Source: Nitrospirales bacterium (GTDB lineage Bacteria > Nitrospirota > Nitrospiria > Nitrospirales > UBA8639). From it: 64,000 nt of DNA. The DNA lies in NCBI GenBank assembly GCA_965203295.1, contig CBDBCZ010000018.1, positions 1,696,001-1,760,000 on the forward strand, given 5' to 3'. Under the pieces are notes generated by a model, which ran no database searches, was not told the DNA's origin, and saw only the letters and a program-made list of their open reading frames with translations. This document shows positions 53,901-64,000 of this stretch, piece by piece. A program made the translations under genes and the position numbers. The first letter of the stretch is position 1. Each line of letters starts with the position of its first letter.

Positions 53901-56900
53901 AAGCACGTGCAGGGAAGCTGTAGTGGGGCTCTCGGCGTCAGTGTACTTCCTTTCTGCTCTTTAGGCAGTGGCTTGTGCAAGAGCTGCCTCCAGAGCACTA
54001 GACCCACTGCTGCTGAGTTTGAGGCCTACCTCAGCTGGTTCCTGCGTGAGGGAGACACCGGGTGTGGTGGGAATGGTGACTCTGCTGCTGCAGTGCGGCT
54101 GAATCCCGGCAGCCCCACTGTCAAAAGTATGATACTTCTTCCTTCAAATTCTGTTTCAGCTAGACTCTATGTGTTCTCAATAATTTAGTTCCTCTCTTAT
54201 TGCCAGTTCTTTTACACGTCTTCATAATGTAAATGGCTCGTACACCATACTATTTTTTGTTTTATACACTGTAGGCACACTTGGCTTATGTTAATGTGCT
54301 ACTGTTGATTGGTAGCGCTGTCATATGACATCACACGTGCTTGTTCAGAAACGTGTATGTACTACGTACATATAACACCCACTCATCCACACACACATAT
54401 GCCATATGCATGCACGTGCGCAAGATATACACACAGCCTTGTCCTCTGACCAACATTTTGTGCACCGTGTTTTACCATAATTATTATGTTGTACATGTAT
54501 GCGTACATGTTATATGTAAGTATATTATGCATGCATCAAACATACATGTACGTGTGCACACGCATACTCTTCCAGCATCGTATATAAAGGCGCATCACAC
54601 TGCCCTGAGGGATTCTAGGGACTACACTGCAGCTCCGAGACATGCAAAGGAACTGGGAGACAGTCTTTCAGCTGCTCTCAACCACACAGTGTTCCCCACC
54701 AGTGGCTTCTATGTCTACTATGAACACTACCTGACTATAGTACCAGATATGGCTTTCAGCATTGGAGTCTCATTTGGTAGGTGCCCACAGATCAGTGAGT
54801 AGCAGCCGGCACACAATAACACTATCCGCTTGTCAGTGTAGTAATTTGGTTAATTTCAATTAAGTTGTGTAGTACCATAACACAAGTTTCCATGACAGCT
54901 TTGAGCATACTAAAATATGTCTGGGTTTTGATACTTATGCATTTTCAGGTTTAGAAGGCAAGCTATATATTAAATAGTTGCGAGCATAATATGCGTTATC
55001 ACATTCATTGCATTCTACGTGCTGAAAACAAACTCCCCGTCCCACTTCAGCCTACAGTATGCTATAGTTGTGTGGGTATCCAAATTGACGTATCAATGTT
55101 AATATTCTCTTTGAGTAGTAATTAAGGAACTTGTCAGTGCCTGACCCACTGTCGCATGCCCCCACTACGTGCTCCCGCGTTCTCAGGTGCAGTGTTTCTC
55201 GTGAACTACCTGCTCCTCAGTCTGGATGTGTGGGCTGCTCTGCTGGCAGTGGTGGGCACCGCAATGATCCTGGTGCACACTCGCGGCAGCATGGCCTACC
55301 TGCACATTGAGCTTAACGCCGTGTCTGTGACCAACCTTGTCATGGTGAGGGCTTGGGACTGTGCTTTTTGCATCGAAATAGTCTGGTTGCCCTAATTATG
55401 AAACATGTGCTTATGTCCTTAGAGCTATGGTAAAATAGCCATGGAATTGAAGTACGTATATGTAGTCTGTCTCAATCTGTTTGCAATAATTCTTAGTCTA
55501 GCATTGATAGTAGATTGACTCACTCTCTGAGTCTTAGAATTTTCCTGCTTCTACATGTATTAGGAACATTACATTGTAAATGTATTTTGTTTCCATTTTC
55601 AGATGGTTGGTATTTCCCTGGGATTTTCCTCACACTTGGTCTGGCGGTTTCTCTCCTGCTCCCTTCCCACACGCTACTTGAAAGCTGTGTCAGTGCTGAC
55701 TGATTTGGTAAGTGGGGACTTTACGTTACAGTCAGCCATTGCTGCATGCCTAATAGTCATGTTTCATAACCCATTAATTGACTATCAACTGGCTGAGGTC
55801 AGCCGCTTATAGGCTAGCCAAATTTCGGCTAGCTGATTAATTATTAATGCATGATAAGGGTTTGTCTATGTTGCAATTCATAATTGCAAGAATGTTTTGA
55901 AATAGTAGTGTCATTTAAATTATGATGAGCATTTCCTGGTTGTGCAAATATACAGTGTATACATAGAACTGGCTAATGAGCTTGCATTTATAAGTTTACG
56001 TATGACATACTGTTTCAAAACATTCTTGTAACTAGAAGTCTCTAGCAGAGACATACCCCGCGCTCCTGGACCCTGCAGACTGGAAACAGCATAAGATCCA
56101 TATACCGTGTTCATGTAACGCCATATACGAGCTGTAGGCGTGGCTGATTGCCGTAGTTTTGACATGGGCGTTTCTCTACGTATACTCCAGTATGCTTTTG
56201 TTGAATAAAAGACTCGTATACCATACTCGAGCGCTCGCGTATGTCCGTATTTAAGCTGTAGGCGTGACCAACTGCCGTATTAAAAAGGCGTGACCAATTG
56301 CCGTATTAAAAAAATGATGTAACACACCGATAATCAGAAAAGGCGTGGAAATGCCGGGAATAGAACCGCTTTCTACTTTATCAGGTACATATAAGCTAAT
56401 GTACCACGGACTCGAGCGTTATCCACCAGTTTAGAAACTGTTGTAGCCTCTAAATCGCCCGTTAGAAGGGTTTTCCAAAAATTTTTATGACAGATGACGA
56501 CGACGACAGACGGACAAAACCGATTGCTTAACCCCGCTTGCGCATACACAGCGCGGGGTAATTATTAATTGCAATTGTTCGGAAAGTGGAGTGATTGCCA
56601 TGCAGCATCAGAACCAGAACAACAACCACTGCATGTATAGTATGACAATCAACACTTGGTAGACTGACAATGATGTGTGGTTTATCCTGGCTTGCTTTCT
56701 CCTTCCATAGTCGGCTGGTGGTATTGCGATAACCTTTATCTTTGGTATTGCGATGACCAAGTTCTTGGCTGTGTTTGCCCTTGTCTTTGCCGGTCCTCTG
56801 ATCTTTGATGTCTACTATTTTAGGATGTACATCAGTCTCCTTGTCTGGGCGACCCTGCATGGACTGCTCCTCCTGCCAGTGCTGCTCAGCTACATCGGTG

Positions 56901-57690
56901 AGTGAGGGGCAGCTACAACCTGTGACACAGCAGGGCTTCATACGTTAAGATACTTTGCCTGGGGAAGACTTTTGGGATAGTAAACAGTTGTGTGCGAAAC
57001 GAACGGTGCCCTAATTTAACTGCAGTACATACCCTGCGGAACTTGTTCATCCCGTTCTAGCTCTGTTCTGCATGCATGTGTATGCTGAATCGATGCATAG
57101 CGTAATAAATGTCACAAGTTATGCCTTACAACTTTCACTCCCTTGCTGCGGGCATCTTTGCAGCTGCTCTTGTTCCTTGTCACTAATTATTATGTCATAG
57201 TCTCCAAAACTGAGTTCTGCTGCACAATTACCACATATACGTATATATATATATATAACAATGGGTATGTCCATCACACATGCAGTGGCTTCACGCTTTC
57301 TGCTTGAACTAGCTACATATGAGGGGTTTGCACAGTCTGAGACTAGCTGCAGTTCATTCATTCATGCTTCCCTTTAGGTCCTACATCTCATCCAGTAATT
57401 ATAAATTAATGGATGTAGCATCAATAGGCATATGTAGGCAATGGGTGTGCCCATCCGGCATGCAGCGGCTTTACATTTTCTGCTTTCACTACATGTATGT
57501 AGGGTTTGCTAAGGATCATCCAAAGTAGCTACAGTCCATTCATTCATGTTTCCCTTTAGGTCCTACATCTCATCCAGTAATTATGGATTTCAAGCCCTGT
57601 AGTGAAAGTGTGAATCTCAAGAAGTCAAGAAGCATTCAAGAGAGGCGCCACACAATGACCATTTGGAGTAAATTGTCTGAGGCTGAGTAA
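50939..57690 (+). pseudogene. NPC1: NPC1/NPC1L1-like sterol-sensing transporter, C-terminal 12 exons (5' half not seen; one apparent frameshift)
   Basis: Exons 50939-51160, 51523-51570, 52041-52241, 52350-52456, 52855-52928, 53444-53565, 53965-54126, 54576-54776, 55187-55344, 55603-55707, 56711-56897 and 57560-57690, all GT-AG. Motifs: EVAPRLLLTSVPETIAFLLGGLSTVPAV (SSD), IGLD..AFPKDSYL, PPVYFVI, WLDAYLEWLSPESGCC, FYVYYEHYL, LNAVSVTNLVM, IFDVYYFRMY, HGLLLLPVLLSYIGP. Exon 52350-52456 is 107 nt between phase-0 neighbours. Confidence 0.85.
56030..56561 (-). mobile_element. Helentron/HINE-like non-autonomous element in an NPC1-like intron; inverted partial copy at ~62206-62706
   Basis: Subterminal IR TACCCCGCGCT (56054-56064 vs 56550-56560), a terminal palindrome, a (GAC/GACA) microsatellite and a short stem-loop CTAGA-agtc-TCTAG at the far end. 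Related ends at ~23865-23900, ~34775-34845 and ~53846-53912. Confidence 0.72.
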
Positions 57691-59442
57691 CCTGTTCTGT
57701 ATTAGTTTATAAGTGAGTTGTGTAGCATTGCACCCCCTCTATGCAGTTGATAAAGAAGACACTATATTGGAAGTCGCTATCGAGTACGTTCTGAAGAACG
57801 GCTACACCCCTTGAGCAAGGACAGAAAGCGTACTGTGTACATGTATAACGTATCATTTTCTTTTTGTCATTGTTAATCCAACTTGTGTGTGTGTGTGGGG
57901 TGGGTCCAAATCATGTATTGAGTTTATATTTAGGAAATTGTGCAATTTGAAGGGGGGTCCTTACATTTCAATGGTGGTCCGAAAATTTCAGTGCATTTCT
58001 GAAATATTAGTTCCAGGGGGTCCACATATTTCGAAATATTTGGACTGGGGGGAACAATTTTGGGGGGGTCCAAATTTATCATGACACTCCCTGCAAATTG
58101 AATCCGTGTAGCTAGTAAAATTAAATGTACATTCATGAGAGTCTAGCACTTAGCTAGTAAGTGTGCGCACCTCTGGTCTTGTGACTCGGCCCTCTTCGGT
58201 CTTTTAGCTGCGGCTTTGTCTGCCTCTCATTGTTTTTTTTCTTCGTAGAGTAGCAAGACGCTTAGCCCTCTCCCCGCTCGTCTCGCCGTCGTCATCCATT
58301 GGCATAGATGGAACTTCCGCACAGTACGCAGTATAATTGCATTCCTAAGCGTGACACATACAACATACATGTAATAGTTGTACGATGGGTTTCTAGGGTG
58401 TATGGGATTTGTACTCTGAGGGCAGTTATATGGCCCTCGGGAATACATATAACTGCATGAAGAGTACAAACCCATACACCCTGGAAACCCATGGTACAGG
58501 TGACTTGTACCATAATACAATTACAAACGCTGTTAGTTATGACAAGCGCTAATGGAGAAGCATTAGTTGTCTGGCAACTATATACCCTAGGGTATATTGA
58601 CAGTTCAAATGAGCCGCTAGGGTGTATGGGTGATATATCCTGGGCGGTGCCTTTCATGTAGAGGCGCATTACGGTACAAATATATATATAATATTATATA
58701 TATGTACAAACGCTTGCTGAGATACGATGCAGGATTAGTTGCCTCGCGCTAAGGCACTCGGCAATTACCTTAACAAAATTTACAAAGGCGTTTAATACTA
58801 TTGGCAACAAGCCTAAATTGCAGACGTGAGTTTGTACTTTGTAGTTGCCAGATCACTAATGAGGGTGTTAACACTCTTTGTAAGGTTACTCAGAGTTTAC
58901 AGTCTACATGGTAGCTATCATGAACTTGTAAACAAGGAGTTACATACAAGTACTGAAGCATAGTTATCAGCTTACACCCGTGACCACTGTTTCAAGACAG
59001 GACACTGCACTACTGCTTAGCAGCTATTTATGTACGTTCGCACCCTTTACGGTCTCGGAGGGGGGGAAATGAAGTTTCTGAACGGAATTGAGCCCATGAC
59101 CTTTTCATTGTGATAGCCTTAGGCCTGAGGAAATTATTTCTGGAGTAATTTGGAAGCCAAAATCCCAAAAATTAATTCTGGAACAATTGGAAGGGTACCG
59201 TAGGCGCTGATTAATAGTGCCCCCTTGATTTTAACGATCTAGCGACCCATAATAAAACTACCACCCAGTAAACAAAGTCAAGCTATAGAATGTGATGTCA
59301 AAGGAGAACAGCTGTAGCTATAACTTCATTCATTTGATTGATTCAGCCATTTTCTGCCGAAGCTGAACGTGTTGTTCCACTAGTCTGTTCTTTGTTAAGA
59401 TTTTCAATAGTATTATAATTATGCTAATAATTGTTTGAGTTT

Positions 59443-59785
59443 AGGGAACGTTTCTGCTCTGTGTAAGCGTTTCTGATCATGACCAAACACATACACTATA
59501 TTTTCAATGCCTTTGAAATTTGAATGCTCAATCATTGTGCTTGAATTCCGGGGGCGTTTCTGCTCGTCGTGAACGTTTCTGACAAGAAAGTGGGAAACAA
59601 TAATGGGTAAAAAAGGGAACGTTTCTGCTCTGTGTAAGCGTTTCTGATCATGACCAAACACATACACTATATTTTCAATGCCTTTGAAATTTGAATGCTC
59701 AATCATTGTGCTTGAATTCCGGGGGCGTTTCTGCTCGTCGTGAACGTTTCTGACAAGAAAGTGGGAAACAATAATGGGTAAAAAA
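59443..59785. repeat. 171-bp perfect tandem duplication
   Basis: The unit agggaacgtttctgctctgtgtaagcg...aataatgggtaaaaaa starts at 59443 and again at 59614. Confidence 0.93.
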
Positions 59786-59968
59786 TTGGAATAGAATAGT
59801 AGGCAGTTTTTCGGAGATAATATCCTAGATAGCATACTAGGCTGGCGTTGCGATAATCTGTCACAATGGGCATGATGGGTGGGGCTAGTTGAGTAGATCT
59901 ATTCTGCCCACGCTTATAGCCCCACCCAGCACCTACCCACGAGAGAATATGGCTGAGCAGGTACAGAG

Positions 59969-60747
59969 ACTAGCCATTAGCGACAGAAGGTTAGCCTCGA
60001 TAATTAACCCTTTTCTCACGTGAGGCGGAAGATTATTTAATACTTTAACCCTTTTCTCAATAGTAAGCCTCTATAGTGGAGTGAACAGTGTAAAATGTTT
60101 GCTGGATTACTCCTCAGCACAGTAGTTACATATGAGGGGTGATCAGTGTCAAAATTGCTATACAAAATTATCCGGGGTGGTTTTGCGATTAGAAGGGAAT
60201 GCACTTTTAAGGCAGAGGGGGTATACTGTTCAGGCTAAGGGGGTAGTAGTCACGCATAGGGGGCACACTGATCACCCCTCATAGTTACAAATGTAGTCAT
60301 CTGGGAGTGTATCATTAAGATGGTGCTGTGTGCACCCACATTGTGCAGATGGAACACTGAAGCCAGGTCACCAGCTCTCCACTAGCAGATGAAGAACGAT
60401 CGTCTTCCTGAAGGCAAACAGCGCAAAACCTAGTGAAGTTAGCTTCGATTTACACTGTTTACTTTCTTCCAATGAGAGCTTGCCCAACCCACTGGTGGTT
60501 GATGTCCGCTTTCGTTTAGTGGAAAAAAAGCGAAGTTGCTTCTCGTGATTTGCGTTTGGAGCATAGTGTCTTTTGATTGGTAGAACCTTTGCTTCTGTCT
60601 GAGACTGCTGCTGCATTGCCTTCACAACTGTGATGGCATTTTGTGTAGTTACGCAATGCGCATGCGCGTCGCCTGATCTTTGACCTATCGATGCACGTGA
60701 GAAAAGGGTTAATTATCGAGGCTAACCTTCTGTCGCTAATGGCTAGT
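59969..60747. mobile_element. Composite element with perfect 54-bp TIRs and an 8-bp flanking direct repeat (GTACAGAG)
   Basis: 59969-60022 is the exact reverse complement of 60694-60747; GTACAGAG at 59961-59968 and 60748-60755. The interior holds a nested TIR element (60133-60281) and a degraded minus-strand coding fragment. Confidence 0.8.
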
Positions 60748-63700
60748 GTACAGAGTTGTGAGGCTAGGCGTGTGAGCAAGCACCTGAAGCCACAGGGCGA
60801 ACGATCATCAGGCAGAAAGTCCCACTAGGCATCTGGTTTCTTGAGAGGGCCAGACTGTACAGTTGCTTTCCTGGGAAGAGGTATGCTTACCGTGTTAATG
60901 AACTGTGACGACGGCCAAGGGATAGTCTCGTTCCGGCCTGCAAGGAGCGCTTACAGCATAAGCAGTTGTAGTACCTTCTACCTAGCTACGGTATCAATTG
61001 GGCAGGAAGTCTGTTAGGGGCTTTAAGTTTCAGGCTAGGGTTTAGGGTAGCACGATCTTGACTAGGTTTGGGTGGGTTGGCTCGGTTGGAAGTTAGGATA
61101 GGCTAGTTAGGGTTAGGGTAGGGCCTAGAGACCAACTGTTGGGTTTAAAGCTAGCTGCATTGATTGCATTAGTATCGCGATACAAGCTAATGTGCATGTG
61201 CATATGTGCATACATTACCCATTCAAAGGTATGCACTTCCTGTCTTAGCCTTGATTGCAATCTGAGAATGAGGCTAGATGCAAACTAGAGGTCTTCAAAG
61301 ACAAACCCATGCTGCTTTACGTTAATACTGAGACACAGGCATAGCTGTGAATTAAACAGAAAACTTTGCGTTAGTGTTTGCATTTGTCCACAAAGTGTCT
61401 GGCACTATACTACAGCTTTTAGCATTTTGTAATTGAGAGGATTCTTTCACCAACTATGGAGCATACCTGCAGCTACATGTAGATACAGAGTGATAGTTCT
61501 AAGTAAACAGCTAAGTTGCACGCATAGGCTAAATGCACCTGCCCTTTGAACTGTTCGTAGCAGTACAGACACAGAGCTTGGCAAGTTACAGCTACGTTCA
61601 TCACAAGCTGTATTGCCTTAGAGAGACCCTCTGTTGTAAAGTTGAATCTGCAGGCTTAATCTTTGTGAAACCTGTTCTCTGAACGTTGTAATTGTACAAT
61701 AATGTAATTGTGAATCTGGATCTGGATATCCCAGCCCAGCAAGCTGTAGGTGTGTCCCATTGCCATATTAAAATGGTGGACAACACTGAAGCATACATTC
61801 TGCTGTTTGATAGGCATAAACTCCTTAGTGTCACCTGATTCTGGATTAACTGACATAGCGGAGTAGCTATACTTATAGCCTTGCAGACGTCCATACAGGA
61901 ATCTGAATGTTTTGCTGCACTGCACCACAGGAATTGTGGTGCTTAATTGCTATCCTAGGTTAGCCTAGGTTAGCCTAGGTTAGCCTATCAGTGTGAAGAA
62001 GGCCTGGGTTTAAGGATAAGCAATGGTTTCTAGATAGCAGCTGACCTTTCACATGAAAGGATATAATTCCCCGTTATCTACCCCAAATCTAGAATAGTCA
62101 CTAGCTACATGTACATTGTTGACTTAATGAAAGCTTAATCTTCGTATAACAGGAGATTTTCACAGGTGCAACTTTTCGCGAAAATGCCAGAATGCCTTTA
62201 CTTTATTTCCCCGCGCTGTGTATGCGCGAACGGGGTTGAATAATCGGTTTTGTCTGTCTGTCGTCGTCGTCATTGTTGCCATCTGTCATACAAAAACTTT
62301 GGAAAACCCTTTCAACAGGGGATTCAGAGGCTACAACAATTTCTAAACTGGAGGATAACGCTCAAGTTCGTGGTACATTACCTTATATGTACCTGATTAA
62401 GTAGAACACGGTTTTATTCTCGGCGTTTCCACGCTTATTCTGATTATCGGTGTGTTTCACCATTTTTTTAATACAGCTATTGGTCACGCCTAAAGCTTGA
62501 ATACGGACATACGCGAGCGCTCGAGTATGGTATACGAGTCTTTTATTCAACATGGAGCTAATAGAAGAGATAGAAAGCATACTGGAGTGTACGTAGAGAA
62601 ACGCCCGTGTCATTACTACGGCGATCAGCCATGCCTACAGCTCGTATACGGCGTTACATGAACACGGTATGCAGATCTACATGCTGTTTCCAGTCTGCAG
62701 GGTCCAGCATGGTGCCTGCACATAGAGAAAGCGTTCACCAAGTGTAAACAGTGGAACCCTTAAAAGGACACCAGTGAAGAGTCCTTTATTTGTATCCTTA
62801 TATATTATCATATACATAGAATGAAATTTTCACTTGGTGCAATTTTCTACGCCCATACCAATTTGCGAAATAGAAATTTGAACCAGTGAACTATTAAACT
62901 GCCAAAATTGACACATGGCTCTGCCTGTTTTGACGATACGTTATTTTAAGACTGCAGACGTCCTTCTAGCTCCAAGTGGATCTTTGCTTACTTTCGTTAG
63001 ACCAACAAGGTGGCTGTCCGTCAAAGACGTTGGGGGCAGGTGGCTATGTGGAATGGACAGACATGTACGCAAGAACAACAGTTGACAGTACAAAGGGGCG
63101 CGGTCAATAATTTATATTAATGTGTCACTTGTTGTTGTTAATTCACAGTAAACGTACACGCATGTCACATATCACTGCTAGGAAGCAAGCGCTCACTCAG
63201 GCTCGCCCTAAGGTGCCCTGCATCTCCCTAGTACTGCGTCCAATTGCAGTAAGCAACGTCTGAAGAAACCATGTATAGAACCCTACCCCTGACAGCCCAC
63301 TTTGAGATCACACAAAGACAGGGAAGGTATAGTCCTGGCTAATTGGAAATCTGTCTCTGTGCTTCAAAAATACCAAAAGCTTCAACTTCTAAAACAAGTG
63401 ACAATTAGATAAGTGATTGCTACTGCGTTAATATTTAACAAACAATGCAGTGTATGACAGTGGTAAGCAACCCTAGAAGGAACTGTGTAAGGAACCAAGA
63501 CAAATCATGAAAGCAAGGTGAGATTTTGGGCATTTCTTAGTCTTGAGAGGGGTATATTCATTACAGAGACAGTGAAAAACAGAATTCTATATGAAGCACT
63601 GCTAAATGGTTGGTAGCTCGGCAGAGATTTAGAAATGAAGTGCAGGAGAGTAAAGCAGGAAAGGAACAGAGCAAGCAGCTCAGATCGATCTAGAGTCAGT

Positions 63701-63792
63701 AGTGGTGCTGAGCATAGTTTGGAAGCTCTAGAAGAAAGAGGAGGCAAGATGATTGACGAGGAAGAAATGAGCAAAGAATGTTTCATACTCAC

Positions 63793-63983
63793 CCTCCATG
63801 CTTAGAAGTAGCTAAATCTTGTGTAACCATGCCAGATAGCGCTGAGCATGGCAGTGTGCATTGACCTGCTACCGAAAGGTTGATTGGCTTTATATATAAA
63901 GTCGTAGGCATTGAGTGCCAGGGTGCACTCCTCCCCGAGTGAGTCAGGCACATGTCCAATCATTTTGTAATGATCCTCAGCCT
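63793..63983 (-). pseudogene. Probable exon of an unidentified gene continuing beyond the window, with an in-frame stop
   Basis: Flanked by a CAG acceptor and GTGAGT donor. Reads AEDHYKMIGHVPDSLGEECTLALNAYDFIYKANQPFGSRSMHTAMLSAIWHGYTRFSYF*AWR. Confidence 0.35.
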
Positions 63984-64000
63984 CTGTATTTTACTAACAC

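Noticed and set aside
59419..59835. 138-aa minus-strand ORF with a duplicated segment
   Set aside because: Product of the 171-bp tandem duplication.
61030..61130. TTAGGG-like telomeric motifs (also CCCTAA-like at ~24965-25020 and ~47710-47745)
   Set aside because: Only a few degenerate units; not a telomere array or a convincing fusion scar.
61954..61987. (CCTAGGTTAG)x3 short tandem repeat
   Set aside because: A small slippage expansion, probably at a degraded TAG...CTA element end; no independent significance.
63505..63792. 95-aa Leu/Ser-rich minus-strand ORF
   Set aside because: Begins at a GTGAGT splice donor and is pyrimidine-rich; more likely intron sequence.

Overview
This is repeat-rich eukaryotic (metazoan) DNA with GT-AG introns and (TG)n microsatellites. 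The gene families and repeat types suggest a demosponge; that is an inference. Every host gene I can recognise is disabled, truncated or rearranged. They are: an alpha-carbonic anhydrase with a spliced Ig-like tail (~2.9-4.7 kb, +); two copies of a Cys-rich/multi-pass membrane protein gene (11.6-13.5 and 14.9-15.3 kb, +); an apolipoprotein-L-like gene (24.5-22.2 kb, -); out-of-order, partly duplicated TRAPPC13 exons (37.3-27.7 kb, -); and the C-terminal 12 exons of an NPC1-like sterol transporter (50.9-57.7 kb, +). Between them lie a decayed DIRS/Ngaro-type tyrosine-recombinase retroelement, L2/CR1-like LINE relics, a BEL/Pao gag fragment, a tRNA-headed SINE, a tRNA-Thr-like dispersed repeat, Helentron-like non-autonomous elements and many local duplications. 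There is also a dense family of tiny TAG...CTA insertions (21-122 bp) with 9-bp target-site duplications. I see no clearly intact novel multi-gene system. The best leads are the micro-transposon family, the tRNA-gene-carrying repeat, the CA-Ig fusion and the pseudogene/exon-shuffling character of the block. All homology calls come from motif recognition, not database searches.
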